From Clostridia bacterium (GTDB lineage Bacteria > Bacillota > Clostridia > JAAYHZ01): a stretch of DNA of 64,000 nucleotides. A model generated the notes under the pieces. The model made no database searches. It worked only from the letters and a program-made list of their open reading frames with translations, and was not told the DNA's origin. The DNA is taken from contig JBMNIH010000001.1 of the NCBI GenBank assembly GCA_050950825.1, positions 1-64,000 on the forward strand, read 5' to 3'. The translations under genes and the position numbers were made by a program. Numbering within the stretch: position 1 is the first letter of the stretch; every line of letters begins with the position of its first letter. Below, piece after piece: positions 19,918-30,387 of this stretch.

Positions 19918-20247
19918 TTAAATTTCGGAAATCAATTCATCCAGCTCTTTATCGGCAATCCGGACTCCGGCATCGTTCAACTTCTCTTTTATATTCTTCA
20001 GCTTTTGCCTCAATTCGTCGTTATGCTTAATCAAACCTAAGGCCTTCTCGAATCGCTCCAACCGGTGTATGGATTTTTTTACCGTATCATGGGCGGCTTG
20101 CCTTGTCACTCCGGTCAGCTCCGATATCTCATTCAAGGAAAAATCCTCGTTAATGTATTGATGCATAATGTCTCTTTGCCGCTCGGTTAAAAGATTTTCA
20201 TACAAATCCATCAAAAGACCTATTCGTACGACTTCTTTCATATCCAT
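19918..20247 (-). CDS. ylxM: YlxM (UPF0122) HTH protein
   Basis: LLTERQ...SLNEISE..GVTRQA; upstream of ffh. Confidence 0.92.
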   Translation of the reverse strand: MDMKEVVRIGLLMDLYENLLTERQRDIMHQYINEDFSLNEISELTGVTRQAAHDTVKKSIHRLERFEKALGLIKHNDELRQKLKNIKEKLNDAGVRIADKELDELISEI

Positions 20248-20283
20248 TTCTCGTTTTCCTTTTGAGGCGATTTAATAAAACAA

Positions 20284-20337
20284 CTGTAAAGCTAAAATAC
20301 TTTACAGATTGTACACCGGAAACAAGAGCTTTGTCAA
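20284..20337 (-). promoter_or_regulatory. ylxM-ffh promoter with adjacent palindrome
   Basis: TTGACA-18-TACAAT followed by CTGTAAAG-N8-CTTTACAG. Confidence 0.65.
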
Positions 20338-20360
20338 ATGATTTTTCATTTATTTTTGCA

Positions 20361-20828
20361 TTATACGTGCGCAATGGTATCGATCCAATTGCCGAAAAGC
20401 GTAAACAGGGATTCGCCGAAAAAGATCAGCGTCAATAGGATCAGAATGTACCATATTAATGCGGCAATGCCGATTCTTTTCAAATTTTCATTCACGTATC
20501 TTCCGAAGACCCAAGTAAAAACGAAAATGATATTGACCACCGGCAGCATTAAAAGAATCGGTATAAAAAAGTAAGAGAAAACACCCAAAGGCTTACGCAG
20601 CTCTTCTTTAATATATTCTTCTCCGATTAATTTTGCGGAACCGGGAAGCTCGTCCTCACGGACAAAATCCGACTTTTGTCCGAAAGCACCGTTATCCTTC
20701 CGCTCCTCATCCGTATTGTTCCGAGCTTGGCCGTTGTTTTCAATTTTCATTTTTTCCTCGTTGATATTTTCTTTTCTTTCAGGGACATTTTCATCAATAG
20801 GTTTTCCGTTATTGTTTTGCTCGTTCAT
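20361..20828 (-). CDS. Hypothetical membrane protein
   Basis: Charged N-terminal region plus two C-terminal hydrophobic segments. Confidence 0.7.
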   Translation of the reverse strand: MNEQNNNGKPIDENVPERKENINEEKMKIENNGQARNNTDEERKDNGAFGQKSDFVREDELPGSAKLIGEEYIKEELRKPLGVFSYFFIPILLMLPVVNIIFVFTWVFGRYVNENLKRIGIAALIWYILILLTLIFFGESLFTLFGNWIDTIAHV

Positions 20829-20849
20829 TCGGACCGCCTTCCTGTTTTT

Positions 20850-23507
20850 TTAATTTCCTTTGGATTCGTTGTATAAGTTCTCGATTTGCTCCTGCAAATC
20901 CTCTAATTGCTTTTTCAAATCGCTTAGCTTTTCCATCAGCTCCTCAAGCTTTTCAACCTCTCGCTCTTCTTCCCGATCCTCATCCTTTTCGAACAAATCC
21001 GTTAAAGCATCGGACAGTGTTTTTCCTCTACCGTACGTAAATTCGTTTCCGTAGCTGTAGCCGGCTACGATTTCCAATACTCTCGGAGCTCCGCCGTAGC
21101 CGGAAGGCCGAAGATATATAGGGGCGACATACAGCAAGCTGTTTTCAACGGGAAGAAACGTGGTTTTGCCTTGCGCTACGTTAAAACCGTTTTGCCGCAG
21201 CGTACGGATCTGCTCCGCCAAGGGTTCGATTTCACCGATCTTTTCTTCCCAACGATATGGTCCCCATACGAAAACATCGTTAGGAAACGTGACGAGGATC
21301 AGCTCGCCGTAGTTCATAGGACCGCATCCCACGGCAAGATAACTCGTCAAATCGTGGCGATTGTCTCCTGCGGGAGTAAAGGCTCGAATCCAATAGGATC
21401 CGGGTTTTTCTTGTCCGGGCAAAAGAGTATATACATAATATGGGTCGTGGTCCTTCAAGCTTGCGGAAGCGGTTTCGTTAAAGGCTTTCGCAATGGCCCA
21501 AAGGCGATTTTGGGTGTAAAAGGCGTCGGTTTGCTCCGGCTCAAGGTGGTATTTGCGTAAAAGGTCCGATTGGATTTCAAACAAATATTTCGGATATTTC
21601 CCGTAACTTTTTATGTCCTCCGGTAGAGGATCCGTTCGAAAGATACCGGGATACATTTTCATGTAGGCTTGAATTAAAGGATCAGAAGGATCGATGACGT
21701 AAAGCTCCGTTTTTCCGTCATAGGCATCGATGACAACTTTCACCGAATGGCGGATGTAATTGATTCCGTTCGTATACCGGGAACAAGGATAACGGTCGGA
21801 GTATGTATAGGCGTTTATCACCCATTTCAATCGACCTTCCTTGTTCAAGATTAAATACGGGTCTTTGTCCAATTCCAAAAAAGGAGCCGCCATCTGCGCA
21901 CGATTCAGTATCTGCCGGTTTGTCAAAAGAGTTGCATTTTTCGCATATTCGGAGGAAATTAAATTTATGTCCCGGTACTCCAAAGCGAAAAACAATCGGT
22001 TCCAAAAGGTTAAGGGAATACCGCCCGAACCTTCGTAGCGGCTTTCGGTACTGCCGTCAAAGTCGATTTCACGGATACCGGAAGCATTTACAATAGCATA
22101 GTCATAAGTCATTTCACCGTAATAGATTTCGGGTCTTAAAACTTTAAGGCTCGAATCCGACGATTCATGGGTCAATTCCTTGATAACGTATTCCGGTTCC
22201 CCTTCCGTATTGACTTCTCCCGCATAACTCATCACCAAACCGTATCCGTGGGTGTATCGATATTTCAAATTGATGTAGGATTTATCGGAAAGAAGAGCTC
22301 GATTGATTTCTCGAGCGGATATGATTACCTTTGTTTTCTTGCCGTTGACGGTATAATCCAAAATATCGGCATCGCCGAAGGTATAAAACAAAGGTCCTTT
22401 TTGGTATCGGTTAAAGGAAGATAAGGCCGCTCCTTCATCCGTTACGGGTATATTCTCCGTAAAGCCTTTGTTTTTTTGTATAAGCTCCCGAGAAGGCGGA
22501 ATCGGCTCCGGAGACTCCACCGTTGTAATTCTGTCTATGCCGTATGCTTGTCGGGTCATAAGAATGTTGTTTTTTAAATATGAGCTTTCCATATAAAGCT
22601 CGTTCGGTTTGACCATTGTCTCTTTGACGACAAAGGAGGCCACCATCGCCGCAGCCCATAAAAAGGGGATGACGCCTATTGCAATTAACGCTTTTTTGTA
22701 TCGGCTTTTTTTAAATAGATAATAGGCCAAAACCGTAACAATCGGCAAGACAAAGGTCATTATCGTATAATACGGGATCCATACCTTCATCTGTACAAAG
22801 CTTGCCCCGACATACTCGTTTACCGTATCAAACAAAAAGCCTTGCTTCGTCAGCGGAAAAGAACAAGCAAGCATCATGAAAAAGATGCCTACATTGATCA
22901 GATTGTGTGTCAGCACCGTATCGATTTTCAAGTAACGAAAAGAAAAACGGGAAAAAACGGTAGAAAAAGAGACAAGATAGTACAAAACGGTAAACAATAC
23001 CGCGGCAATCCATAAATTCGTGAGAAAATCCAGAAGAGTCATTAAAAAAGGCCTTTGAAAGATGTAATATCCGATATCTTTTCCGAAGACCGGATCTTTT
23101 ACGGAAAATGAAACCTTATTGAAAAACAGCAGGGCTTCTCGGTAGAACTTGTCTTTGACCCATACGACGGTAATCAAACCCGCAACAACGGCGGGAATGA
23201 ATATGTACATTTTGCCGGCGTTCATTCCGGTCTTTTTAAAATAATCTGTACAGTTTTTTCGGACAAAAAACCCGGATAAGGCGAAAACGAAAAAAGCGAT
23301 TCCGCCGGCGGCCAAGGAGAAGACCAGCTGATAAAGAAGGTTTTTTATATAAGCCGAAGAAAAATTCCCGATCTCGTCATACTGCAGTATTTCCAGATAA
23401 ACATTGACCGCCATTACCCCCAAGGAAACGGCCAATAAAGAAAATACGATAAGCAAAATCTTTCTTCTGCTGTTTTTCTTTATCCATTCCTTTTTGTAGT
23501 CCATCAT
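20850..23507 (-). CDS. UPF0182-family membrane protein
   Basis: DPVFGKDIGYYIF, YTHGYG, PEIYYGE, NYIRHSVKVVIDAYDG motifs. Confidence 0.88.
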   Translation of the reverse strand: MMDYKKEWIKKNSRRKILLIVFSLLAVSLGVMAVNVYLEILQYDEIGNFSSAYIKNLLYQLVFSLAAGGIAFFVFALSGFFVRKNCTDYFKKTGMNAGKMYIFIPAVVAGLITVVWVKDKFYREALLFFNKVSFSVKDPVFGKDIGYYIFQRPFLMTLLDFLTNLWIAAVLFTVLYYLVSFSTVFSRFSFRYLKIDTVLTHNLINVGIFFMMLACSFPLTKQGFLFDTVNEYVGASFVQMKVWIPYYTIMTFVLPIVTVLAYYLFKKSRYKKALIAIGVIPFLWAAAMVASFVVKETMVKPNELYMESSYLKNNILMTRQAYGIDRITTVESPEPIPPSRELIQKNKGFTENIPVTDEGAALSSFNRYQKGPLFYTFGDADILDYTVNGKKTKVIISAREINRALLSDKSYINLKYRYTHGYGLVMSYAGEVNTEGEPEYVIKELTHESSDSSLKVLRPEIYYGEMTYDYAIVNASGIREIDFDGSTESRYEGSGGIPLTFWNRLFFALEYRDINLISSEYAKNATLLTNRQILNRAQMAAPFLELDKDPYLILNKEGRLKWVINAYTYSDRYPCSRYTNGINYIRHSVKVVIDAYDGKTELYVIDPSDPLIQAYMKMYPGIFRTDPLPEDIKSYGKYPKYLFEIQSDLLRKYHLEPEQTDAFYTQNRLWAIAKAFNETASASLKDHDPYYVYTLLPGQEKPGSYWIRAFTPAGDNRHDLTSYLAVGCGPMNYGELILVTFPNDVFVWGPYRWEEKIGEIEPLAEQIRTLRQNGFNVAQGKTTFLPVENSLLYVAPIYLRPSGYGGAPRVLEIVAGYSYGNEFTYGRGKTLSDALTDLFEKDEDREEEREVEKLEELMEKLSDLKKQLEDLQEQIENLYNESKGN

Positions 23508-23545
23508 TTGGGTATGTCCTCTCCCGCCGAGTTTAATTTTCTTCT

Positions 23546-24460
23546 TTATTCCGCAAACATGGCATTGACGAACATTTCTTCGTCAAAATCCTTCAAATCG
23601 TCGATTTGCTCTCCCACACCGATATATTTTACGGGTATATTCAACTGCTTGTATATGGAAAAGATGATGCCGCCTTTCGCCGTGCCGTCCAATTTTGTCA
23701 GTATGATGCCGTCTACATCGATAGCTTCGGAGAATACTTCCGCTTGGTTTACGGCATTTTGACCCGTGGTGGCATCGATGACCAAAAAGGTTTCCACTCG
23801 ACTTTGGGGCAGTTCCCTTTTAATGACTCGATATATTTTATTCAATTCCATCATTAAATTCTTCTTGTTATGAAGCCGCCCTGCGGTATCGCAGATTAAA
23901 TAGTCGGCAGATCTTGCCTTGGATGCCACGATGGCATCGTATACAACGGCGGCAGGATCGGATCCTTCTCTTTGGCGTACAAAGTCCGCCCCGGCTCTTT
24001 TTGCCCAAATTTCCAACTGATCAATGGCGGCGGCCCGGAACGTATCCCCTGCGGCAATGACGACCTTTTTCCCTTGGCTTGTTAAAAGCTTACTTATTTT
24101 CCCGATGGAAGTGGTTTTGCCTGCTCCGTTGACCCCGGCAACCAGGATCACGTTGGGTTTTTCCTGCTCCGGCTTCTGTTCGTATTTTTTCTCCAAAAGA
24201 ATATTTTTCATCAATTCTTTTAACTCGTTCGCCACCTCTTTCGGATCCTTCATTTTTTTACTGCGGACGCTCTCTCTTAAATTGTCTATCAGCTCCATAG
24301 AGGTTGATACGCCTACATCGGCGGAAATCAATATCTCTTCCAGCTCGTCCATCAGGTCTTCGTCAATCTTTGTAAAGCTTTTGATGGCATTGTCAATCTT
24401 CCCTATTAAATTTTCCTTTGTTTTTGTCAATCCCTTTTTTAATTTTTCAAAAAAACCCAT
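23546..24460 (-). CDS. ftsY: SRP receptor FtsY
   Basis: GVNGAGKTT, DTFRAAA, DTAGRL, TKLDGTAKGG. Confidence 0.97.
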   Translation of the reverse strand: MGFFEKLKKGLTKTKENLIGKIDNAIKSFTKIDEDLMDELEEILISADVGVSTSMELIDNLRESVRSKKMKDPKEVANELKELMKNILLEKKYEQKPEQEKPNVILVAGVNGAGKTTSIGKISKLLTSQGKKVVIAAGDTFRAAAIDQLEIWAKRAGADFVRQREGSDPAAVVYDAIVASKARSADYLICDTAGRLHNKKNLMMELNKIYRVIKRELPQSRVETFLVIDATTGQNAVNQAEVFSEAIDVDGIILTKLDGTAKGGIIFSIYKQLNIPVKYIGVGEQIDDLKDFDEEMFVNAMFAE

Positions 24461-24471
24461 TTTATCCTCCG

Positions 24472-27400
24472 TCAGCCTGTTTTTTCAATTTGGTTCGTAT
24501 CAACGGATACCACATGAGAAACACCGTGCTCCTGCATGGTCACGCCGTACAAAAAGTCGGAGCCTTCCATTGTTCCTTTTCTGTGGGTGATTAATATAAA
24601 TTGCGTTTTATCGGATAATGTCCGTAGGTAATCGATAAAACGATAAACGTTTACGTCGTCCAATGCGGCCTCGATTTCGTCCAGCACGCAGAAAGGTGTC
24701 GGTTTCAGCATCATGATGGAAAACAAAAGCGCAATGGCGGACAAGGACCTTTCGCCTCCCGACAGCAGCATCATGTTCTGCAGATTTTTCCCGGGAGGCT
24801 GCACGAATACTTGAATATCGCTTTCCAATATGTTTTCATCGTCGGCCAAAACCAATTCCGCTCTGCCTCCGTCAAAAAGCTCGCGAAATACCTTCTTGAA
24901 ATTTTGGTTAATTTCTTTTAGTTTTTCCGAAAACTTCGCTTTCATAACGGAGTTCATTTCGTAAACCACCCGTTTTAATTTTTCTTTCGCTTCTTCCATT
25001 TCCTGCTGCTGCTTGGTTAAAAAATCATATCGCGCTTTGGTTTCTGCATACTCCGAAATGGAAGTAACATCCACAGACCCTAAAGCGTTGATTTGGTTTT
25101 TTAACTCGGATATCTTCCTCGGCGATATCTCCTCCTCGATAGCCGTGTTCCTACGGTTTACCGCCTCGGCGTAGGTTATTTCGTATTCATCGAACATACG
25201 GGATTTTAAAGCGTCCATATCCGATTCCAGCTTGGCACCTCGTACCTGCAATCGGCTTTCTTCTTCTTTAAACAGCAGAATATTCTTGTTTCCTTCGTCC
25301 AATATCTTGCGGCATTCTTCGATTTCCAGCCTTAAATTCTTCCTTTCCTCCTCCAGCTTGACAACGGTTAAGCCGGCACCGGTCATTTTTTCGTTTAAAG
25401 CTTTGATTTCTCTTTGAAGGTTTTGAAGCTCCGCCTTAACATTTTCGATTTTTTCTTCGTTCATTTGTATTTCGCTTTGCTTTTGCTCGATTGCTCTTTG
25501 CAAAGCTTCCGCTGCTCGGTCGGTTTCCGTTAAGCTGTTTTTTACGGTTTCGATGCCGTCTTTAACGGAATTTAAGGAAACCTTGTAGTCGGTTATATCC
25601 GTAACCAAGTCGTCTTTCCTTTGGCGCTTGGTCTTATTCCGGCTTTCAAATTCCATGATCACGCGTTTTCGATCTTCCACGTCTTTTTCGATGCTTAAGA
25701 GCTTTTCCGTAAGCTCATTCAGTTCTTTTTCCGCGACAGCGCATTCTTTTTTATACTGCTCTTTTTCTTCCCTTGCGTTTTCGATTTTAAACTCGAGGCT
25801 TTCCAACCTCTCCAGCAAGGATTCCAGTCGATTCTCAAATTTGATACGCTCAAGCTCCGCATTGTGCTTTTCTTTTTCTAATATCTCCAGCTTGTTTTTG
25901 CACAGGAGGGCTTCTTCGGAGGTCTTTTCCTTGCTTTTGGCTAAAGACGCACACCCGGATTCCAAGCGGGAAACGGAAGTCTTCAGCTCGTTCAAAAGTC
26001 GTTTTCGGCTCAAAAGGCCGGTTCCTTTTTTATTCACGCTGCCTCCCGTAATGGAACCTCCGGTTTGGAATATGTCCCCGTCCAACGTAACGATTTTATA
26101 GGAATAGGAAAACTTCTTGGCCATCAAAACGGCGGAGTCATAATCCTCCGCAATGACAACCCTGCCTAAAAGATTTTTAATCACATTGTCAAAACGCGGA
26201 TCATATGAAACCAGACGATCACAAGTATCCACAAAGCCTTTCATTTTGCCAAGCTCCTCCAGGACGTTTTTTTCGATCCGTCGAGGCTGCATGGAGGATA
26301 CGGGCATCATGGTAGCCACCCCGATATTGCCTTTACGCAAAAAACCGATTACCGCTTTGGCATCTTCCTCGTCTTCCGTAACAATATTCTGCATGGCACC
26401 GCCTACGGCCATTTCCACCGCCGTTTCATATTTTTCTTCTACATCGATAATATCCGCTAAGGTTCCGTAAATTCGTACATTACCGAGGATACCGTTGTCA
26501 TTGGCGTTCAGAACGGCTTTGACGCTTCGATTGTAACCGTCGTAGGACTTTTCCATCTCGTACAGCATATTGTATTTGGATTTTTCCGCTTGGTATGCCG
26601 ACTTGGCTTCGTTCAGCCGGACGTCCAGCATGCGCAATCTTTCGGTCAACGTTTTGTATCGGTTTTCCGTTTCTTGCTTTTCTTTTATAACCTTATTTTC
26701 CTTCTCTTCCGTTTCGTTCAACAGTTTTTCCGTATTCTCTTTTTCCGAAAGGAAAGAATCCTTTTCGCGGATCATAACCGAAATGTCGTTTTCGATCTCT
26801 TTTATACGGGTGCGATAGTTATCCAGTACGCCGCTGCTAGTGGAAATGGAGGTTTTGACTTCCGTTATTTGGTCCAGCTTTTCCATCATCTCCATTTTCA
26901 ATGTTTCGATCCGCGCTTCTTCTCGGTTCATAGTGGCAAGAAGAGACTGCATTTCTTCCTCGAACTGCTTTAGCTTGGATTCGTACTTTACCATGTCGGC
27001 ATTTAAGGAAGCCAAACGCTCGTTCAACTTGACCTTGTTTTCTTTTAAAATGTCCGTTTCGTTTTGAGAAGCTTCAATTTCTTTACGTAAATTGGCGATG
27101 TAGGATAAGTATTTTTTATGCTTTTCTTCCCACACGCGAATGTCTCCGCTTTTTCGAGCGATCTCCCCTTCGATTTCATGGGTTTCTTTTTTCAGATTCT
27201 CAAGTTCAATCTCCAGCTGCTCTTGCCTTTGGGTATTCTTCTTAATTTGCTCGCCCTTTTCCAGGATGATTTTCTCTTGATCCTTTATGTTTTGCTCAAC
27301 CAAAGATTTCTCTTTGTTGATCTCGTCCAATTTCCCTTGAAAGCTTTGAATGGACCTTACGTATGTTGCGGTTTCATAATCCTTGAGCTTTTGTCTTAAA

Positions 27401-28050
27401 TCCAAATATGTACGGGCCTTTTTCGCTTTTTCTTCTAAGGTCGCCAATCCCGAACCGATTTCCGTGATGATGTCGTTGATTCGGCTTAAATTTTCTTCGG
27501 TTTTTTCCAATTTACTCAAGGCTTCGGCTTTTCGAACCTTGTATTTCATGATTCCTGCCGCTTCGTCAAAAATGTTTCTCCGTTCCTCGGATTTGGCACT
27601 TAAAAGCTCCTCAACTTTTCCTTGCCCGATAACGGAATAGCCGTCTTTTCCGATACCGGTGTCCAACAGAAGATTCACCACGTCTTTTAAACGGCATTTG
27701 CTTTTGTTGATATAAAATTCGCTTTCTCCGGAACGGTAGAGCCTTCTGCAGATGCTGACTTCATCAAAGTCCACATCCAAACTGCGATCGCTGTTGTCCA
27801 AAGTCAAGGTCACTTCGGCAAAAGATAGGGCCTTTCGAAACTGCGTGCCTGCAAAAATGATGTCTTGAGATTTGCTTCCTCTTAAGTTTTTTAAGCTTTG
27901 TTCTCCTAACACCCACCGTATGGCATCGGCGATATTGCTTTTTCCGCTGCCGTTAGGCCCGATGATGGATGTGATGCAATTTTTAAATTCAAGGGTGATA
28001 TTATCCGCAAAGGATTTGAAACCCTTCATTTCGATTTTCTTAAGATACAT
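24472..28050 (-). CDS. smc: Chromosome segregation protein SMC
   Basis: GPNGSGKSN, hinge, LSGGE, LDEIEAALD. Confidence 0.97.
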   Translation of the reverse strand: MYLKKIEMKGFKSFADNITLEFKNCITSIIGPNGSGKSNIADAIRWVLGEQSLKNLRGSKSQDIIFAGTQFRKALSFAEVTLTLDNSDRSLDVDFDEVSICRRLYRSGESEFYINKSKCRLKDVVNLLLDTGIGKDGYSVIGQGKVEELLSAKSEERRNIFDEAAGIMKYKVRKAEALSKLEKTEENLSRINDIITEIGSGLATLEEKAKKARTYLDLRQKLKDYETATYVRSIQSFQGKLDEINKEKSLVEQNIKDQEKIILEKGEQIKKNTQRQEQLEIELENLKKETHEIEGEIARKSGDIRVWEEKHKKYLSYIANLRKEIEASQNETDILKENKVKLNERLASLNADMVKYESKLKQFEEEMQSLLATMNREEARIETLKMEMMEKLDQITEVKTSISTSSGVLDNYRTRIKEIENDISVMIREKDSFLSEKENTEKLLNETEEKENKVIKEKQETENRYKTLTERLRMLDVRLNEAKSAYQAEKSKYNMLYEMEKSYDGYNRSVKAVLNANDNGILGNVRIYGTLADIIDVEEKYETAVEMAVGGAMQNIVTEDEEDAKAVIGFLRKGNIGVATMMPVSSMQPRRIEKNVLEELGKMKGFVDTCDRLVSYDPRFDNVIKNLLGRVVIAEDYDSAVLMAKKFSYSYKIVTLDGDIFQTGGSITGGSVNKKGTGLLSRKRLLNELKTSVSRLESGCASLAKSKEKTSEEALLCKNKLEILEKEKHNAELERIKFENRLESLLERLESLEFKIENAREEKEQYKKECAVAEKELNELTEKLLSIEKDVEDRKRVIMEFESRNKTKRQRKDDLVTDITDYKVSLNSVKDGIETVKNSLTETDRAAEALQRAIEQKQSEIQMNEEKIENVKAELQNLQREIKALNEKMTGAGLTVVKLEEERKNLRLEIEECRKILDEGNKNILLFKEEESRLQVRGAKLESDMDALKSRMFDEYEITYAEAVNRRNTAIEEEISPRKISELKNQINALGSVDVTSISEYAETKARYDFLTKQQQEMEEAKEKLKRVVYEMNSVMKAKFSEKLKEINQNFKKVFRELFDGGRAELVLADDENILESDIQVFVQPPGKNLQNMMLLSGGERSLSAIALLFSIMMLKPTPFCVLDEIEAALDDVNVYRFIDYLRTLSDKTQFILITHRKGTMEGSDFLYGVTMQEHGVSHVVSVDTNQIEKTG

Positions 28051-28078
28051 TCATACCTCCGGGTACTTGTCCGACCTT

Positions 28079-28789
28079 TTAAATTTTAATACCTTTCAAC
28101 AGCGCTTCTTTCGCTGCGTTCTGCTCTCCCTCTTTTTTCGTGGTGCCGATTCCCGATCCGCACTTGACGTTGTTGATATACACGGAAACATTGTAGATTT
28201 TTTGGTGGTCCGGACCCGACTGTTTTTCCACCACGTATTTGATTTTCACATTTCCTTGACGCTGTAAGCACTCCTGCAACTCGGTCTTATAATCGTTGAA
28301 GACGGTTCCCGTCAAAGCGCCTTCGATAATACTCTCCATGTTTCTGTAGATGAATTCTTTAACGGTGTTAAAATCCGAATCGAGATATACGGCACCGATC
28401 AATGCTTCAAAAGCATCGGCCAATATGGAGGGTCGTGTTCGGCCGTGGTTGGCTTCTTCTCCCTTTCCAAGGCGTAAATAGGTGCCTAATTCCAGCTTCA
28501 TGGCAACTTCCTTTAAGGATTGCTCGCAAACAATAGCGGCGCGGATTTTTGTCATTTCCCCTTCCGGCATATCGATCTCGTTGTTGTAGATATAATCACC
28601 GATACAAAGGTTTAAAACGGAATCACCCAAAAACTCCAACCGCTCGTTGTTGTTTAGGTTGCCGATACCTTCGTTGGCAAAAGAGCTGTGGGTAATGGCG
28701 GTGATCAGAAGACTTTTGTTTTTAAAGGTATATCCGATGTTTTCCTCAAATTTTTTTATGTTTTTATCGTCCAAAACCAAATTGGCCAT
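28079..28789 (-). CDS. rnc: Ribonuclease III
   Basis: NERLEFLGDSVL plus dsRBD. Confidence 0.97.
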   Translation of the reverse strand: MANLVLDDKNIKKFEENIGYTFKNKSLLITAITHSSFANEGIGNLNNNERLEFLGDSVLNLCIGDYIYNNEIDMPEGEMTKIRAAIVCEQSLKEVAMKLELGTYLRLGKGEEANHGRTRPSILADAFEALIGAVYLDSDFNTVKEFIYRNMESIIEGALTGTVFNDYKTELQECLQRQGNVKIKYVVEKQSGPDHQKIYNVSVYINNVKCGSGIGTTKKEGEQNAAKEALLKGIKI

Positions 28790-28871
28790 AGCTACTATCC
28801 AAACTCCATCATGAAATTTTATCGAACGGTATTTTTCTTTCGCTTTAATTAATCATATCATAACAAAATAA

Positions 28872-28996
28872 AAACGTTCATCCTATTGCCCGATCCCCCT
28901 GTTTTATCCGTACCGGACGGTACTTGAACGAAAAAGGACAAGAAATCAGAACGTTTACCATATTCGTATGATATACCAATGGAATATTGATGTCAA
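28872..28996 (-). promoter_or_regulatory. rnc promoter and structured 5' leader
   Basis: TTGACA-17-TATCAT (28996-28968); stem closed by AAACGTTC/GAACGTTT (28872-28956). Confidence 0.6.
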
Positions 28997-29060
28997 TAAC
29001 CGTAAAATATCGGCGTTTATGAAAGGCAAAAACACCGATACAAGCTTTTATATAGATAAT

Positions 29061-29081
29061 AAAAAAGTCCCCTTCGGGACT
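29061..29081 (-). terminator. Terminator after acpP
   Basis: AGTCCC-N4-GGGACT plus T-tract on the minus strand. Confidence 0.75.
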
Positions 29082-29087
29082 CTTTAG

Positions 29088-29324
29088 TTAAATAACGCTT
29101 TTAATGTAATCAACCGCATTTCCGACGGTGGATATTTTTTCAGCGACGCTGTCAGGTATTTCGATATCGAATTCTTCTTCCAGTGCCATGATCAGCTCAA
29201 CGATGTCCAGAGAGTCTGCACCTAAGTCTTCTATAAAAGATGCTTCACTAGTTACCTCACTTTCATCTACGCTTAATTGTTCAACAATGATATTTTTTAC
29301 GGTTTCAAAAATTTCGTCAGCCAT
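29088..29324 (-). CDS. acpP: Acyl carrier protein
   Basis: [12 protein letters not shown]. Confidence 0.97.
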   Translation of the reverse strand: MADEIFETVKNIIVEQLSVDESEVTSEASFIEDLGADSLDIVELIMALEEEFDIEIPDSVAEKISTVGNAVDYIKSVI

Positions 29325-29439
29325 TAACTGTCGCCTCCTATATATTTATTTTCCATCTGACAACTTCATATATACAATAAAACACCGTATCCTGTGTTGT
29401 CAACAATTTTACAATTTTAAACCCGCAATATTTTTTCAA

Positions 29440-30375
29440 TTAAAGATTCAATTCTTTGATCGTTTGATCCAAGGTTTCCGGATCGCTAATATTATACACC
29501 GTGGCGGAGCGATTTATTTTTTTGATCAAGCCCTTTAATACGGATCCGGGTCCGATTTCCACGAAGGTATCGACCCCCGCTTCGATCATGGTTTCTACGG
29601 ACTGCTGCCACAGCACCGGGCTGTAGATTTGCTTTTTCAACAATTCTTTCACGTTCGTATTCTCTTTTATAATTTTTGCATCCGCATTGGAAACCACCGG
29701 CACTTTCATTTCTTTTAGGGTGATTTTTTCAAGCTCCCTGTAGAGCTTTTCTCCCGCACCGGCCAACATGGGCGAATGGAAAGGAGCGCTTACATTCAAA
29801 AGCAAGCTTTTTTTCGACCCTTTCTTCTCGGTAATTTCCACGAATTTTTTCAAAGCATTTATTTCCCCGGAAACGGTAATTTGTCCCGGACAATTGTAGT
29901 TGGAAAAATAAATTTGTCCGAACTGCGAAGCTTCTTCCACGCAAGGCTTAAGCTCTTCTTCCGTCAAGCCCACGGCAACAGCCATGCCTCCCGTGCCTTC
30001 CGGTACTTCGTCTTGCATAAACCGACCTCTTTTTCGTACCAAAGCCACGGCATCCTCAAAGTCAAAGGTACCGGACAGCACATGAGCCGTATATTCGCCT
30101 AAGCTTAATCCTGCACAAAGATCCGGTTTTGCTCCTGCATTCAAAAAAGGAATCATACACAAAACGGACGCAATCAATATGGCCGGTTGGGTATTGGCCG
30201 TCAGCGACAAATCCTTTTCAGGACCTTCAAACATCAGTTTGCGGATGTCAAATCCCAAGACTTCGTTAGCCGTCTCAAGCTTTTCGTTCAATTCCGGAAA
30301 ACGATCCGTCATGGCTTTGGCCATGCCTACGTATTGAGCACCTTGTCCGGGAAAAACAAATGCGGTTTTTGACAT
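29440..30375 (-). CDS. fabD: Malonyl-CoA:ACP transacylase
   Basis: FPGQGAQ, TQPAI, GLSLGEY, SAPFHS. Confidence 0.95.
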   Translation of the reverse strand: MSKTAFVFPGQGAQYVGMAKAMTDRFPELNEKLETANEVLGFDIRKLMFEGPEKDLSLTANTQPAILIASVLCMIPFLNAGAKPDLCAGLSLGEYTAHVLSGTFDFEDAVALVRKRGRFMQDEVPEGTGGMAVAVGLTEEELKPCVEEASQFGQIYFSNYNCPGQITVSGEINALKKFVEITEKKGSKKSLLLNVSAPFHSPMLAGAGEKLYRELEKITLKEMKVPVVSNADAKIIKENTNVKELLKKQIYSPVLWQQSVETMIEAGVDTFVEIGPGSVLKGLIKKINRSATVYNISDPETLDQTIKELNL

Positions 30376-30387
30376 AATAACCTCCGA

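Noticed and set aside
17715-28820. Shared CCATCATGAA motif upstream of rimM and rnc
   Set aside because: Short, overlaps RBS-like regions, and only two instances; could be chance
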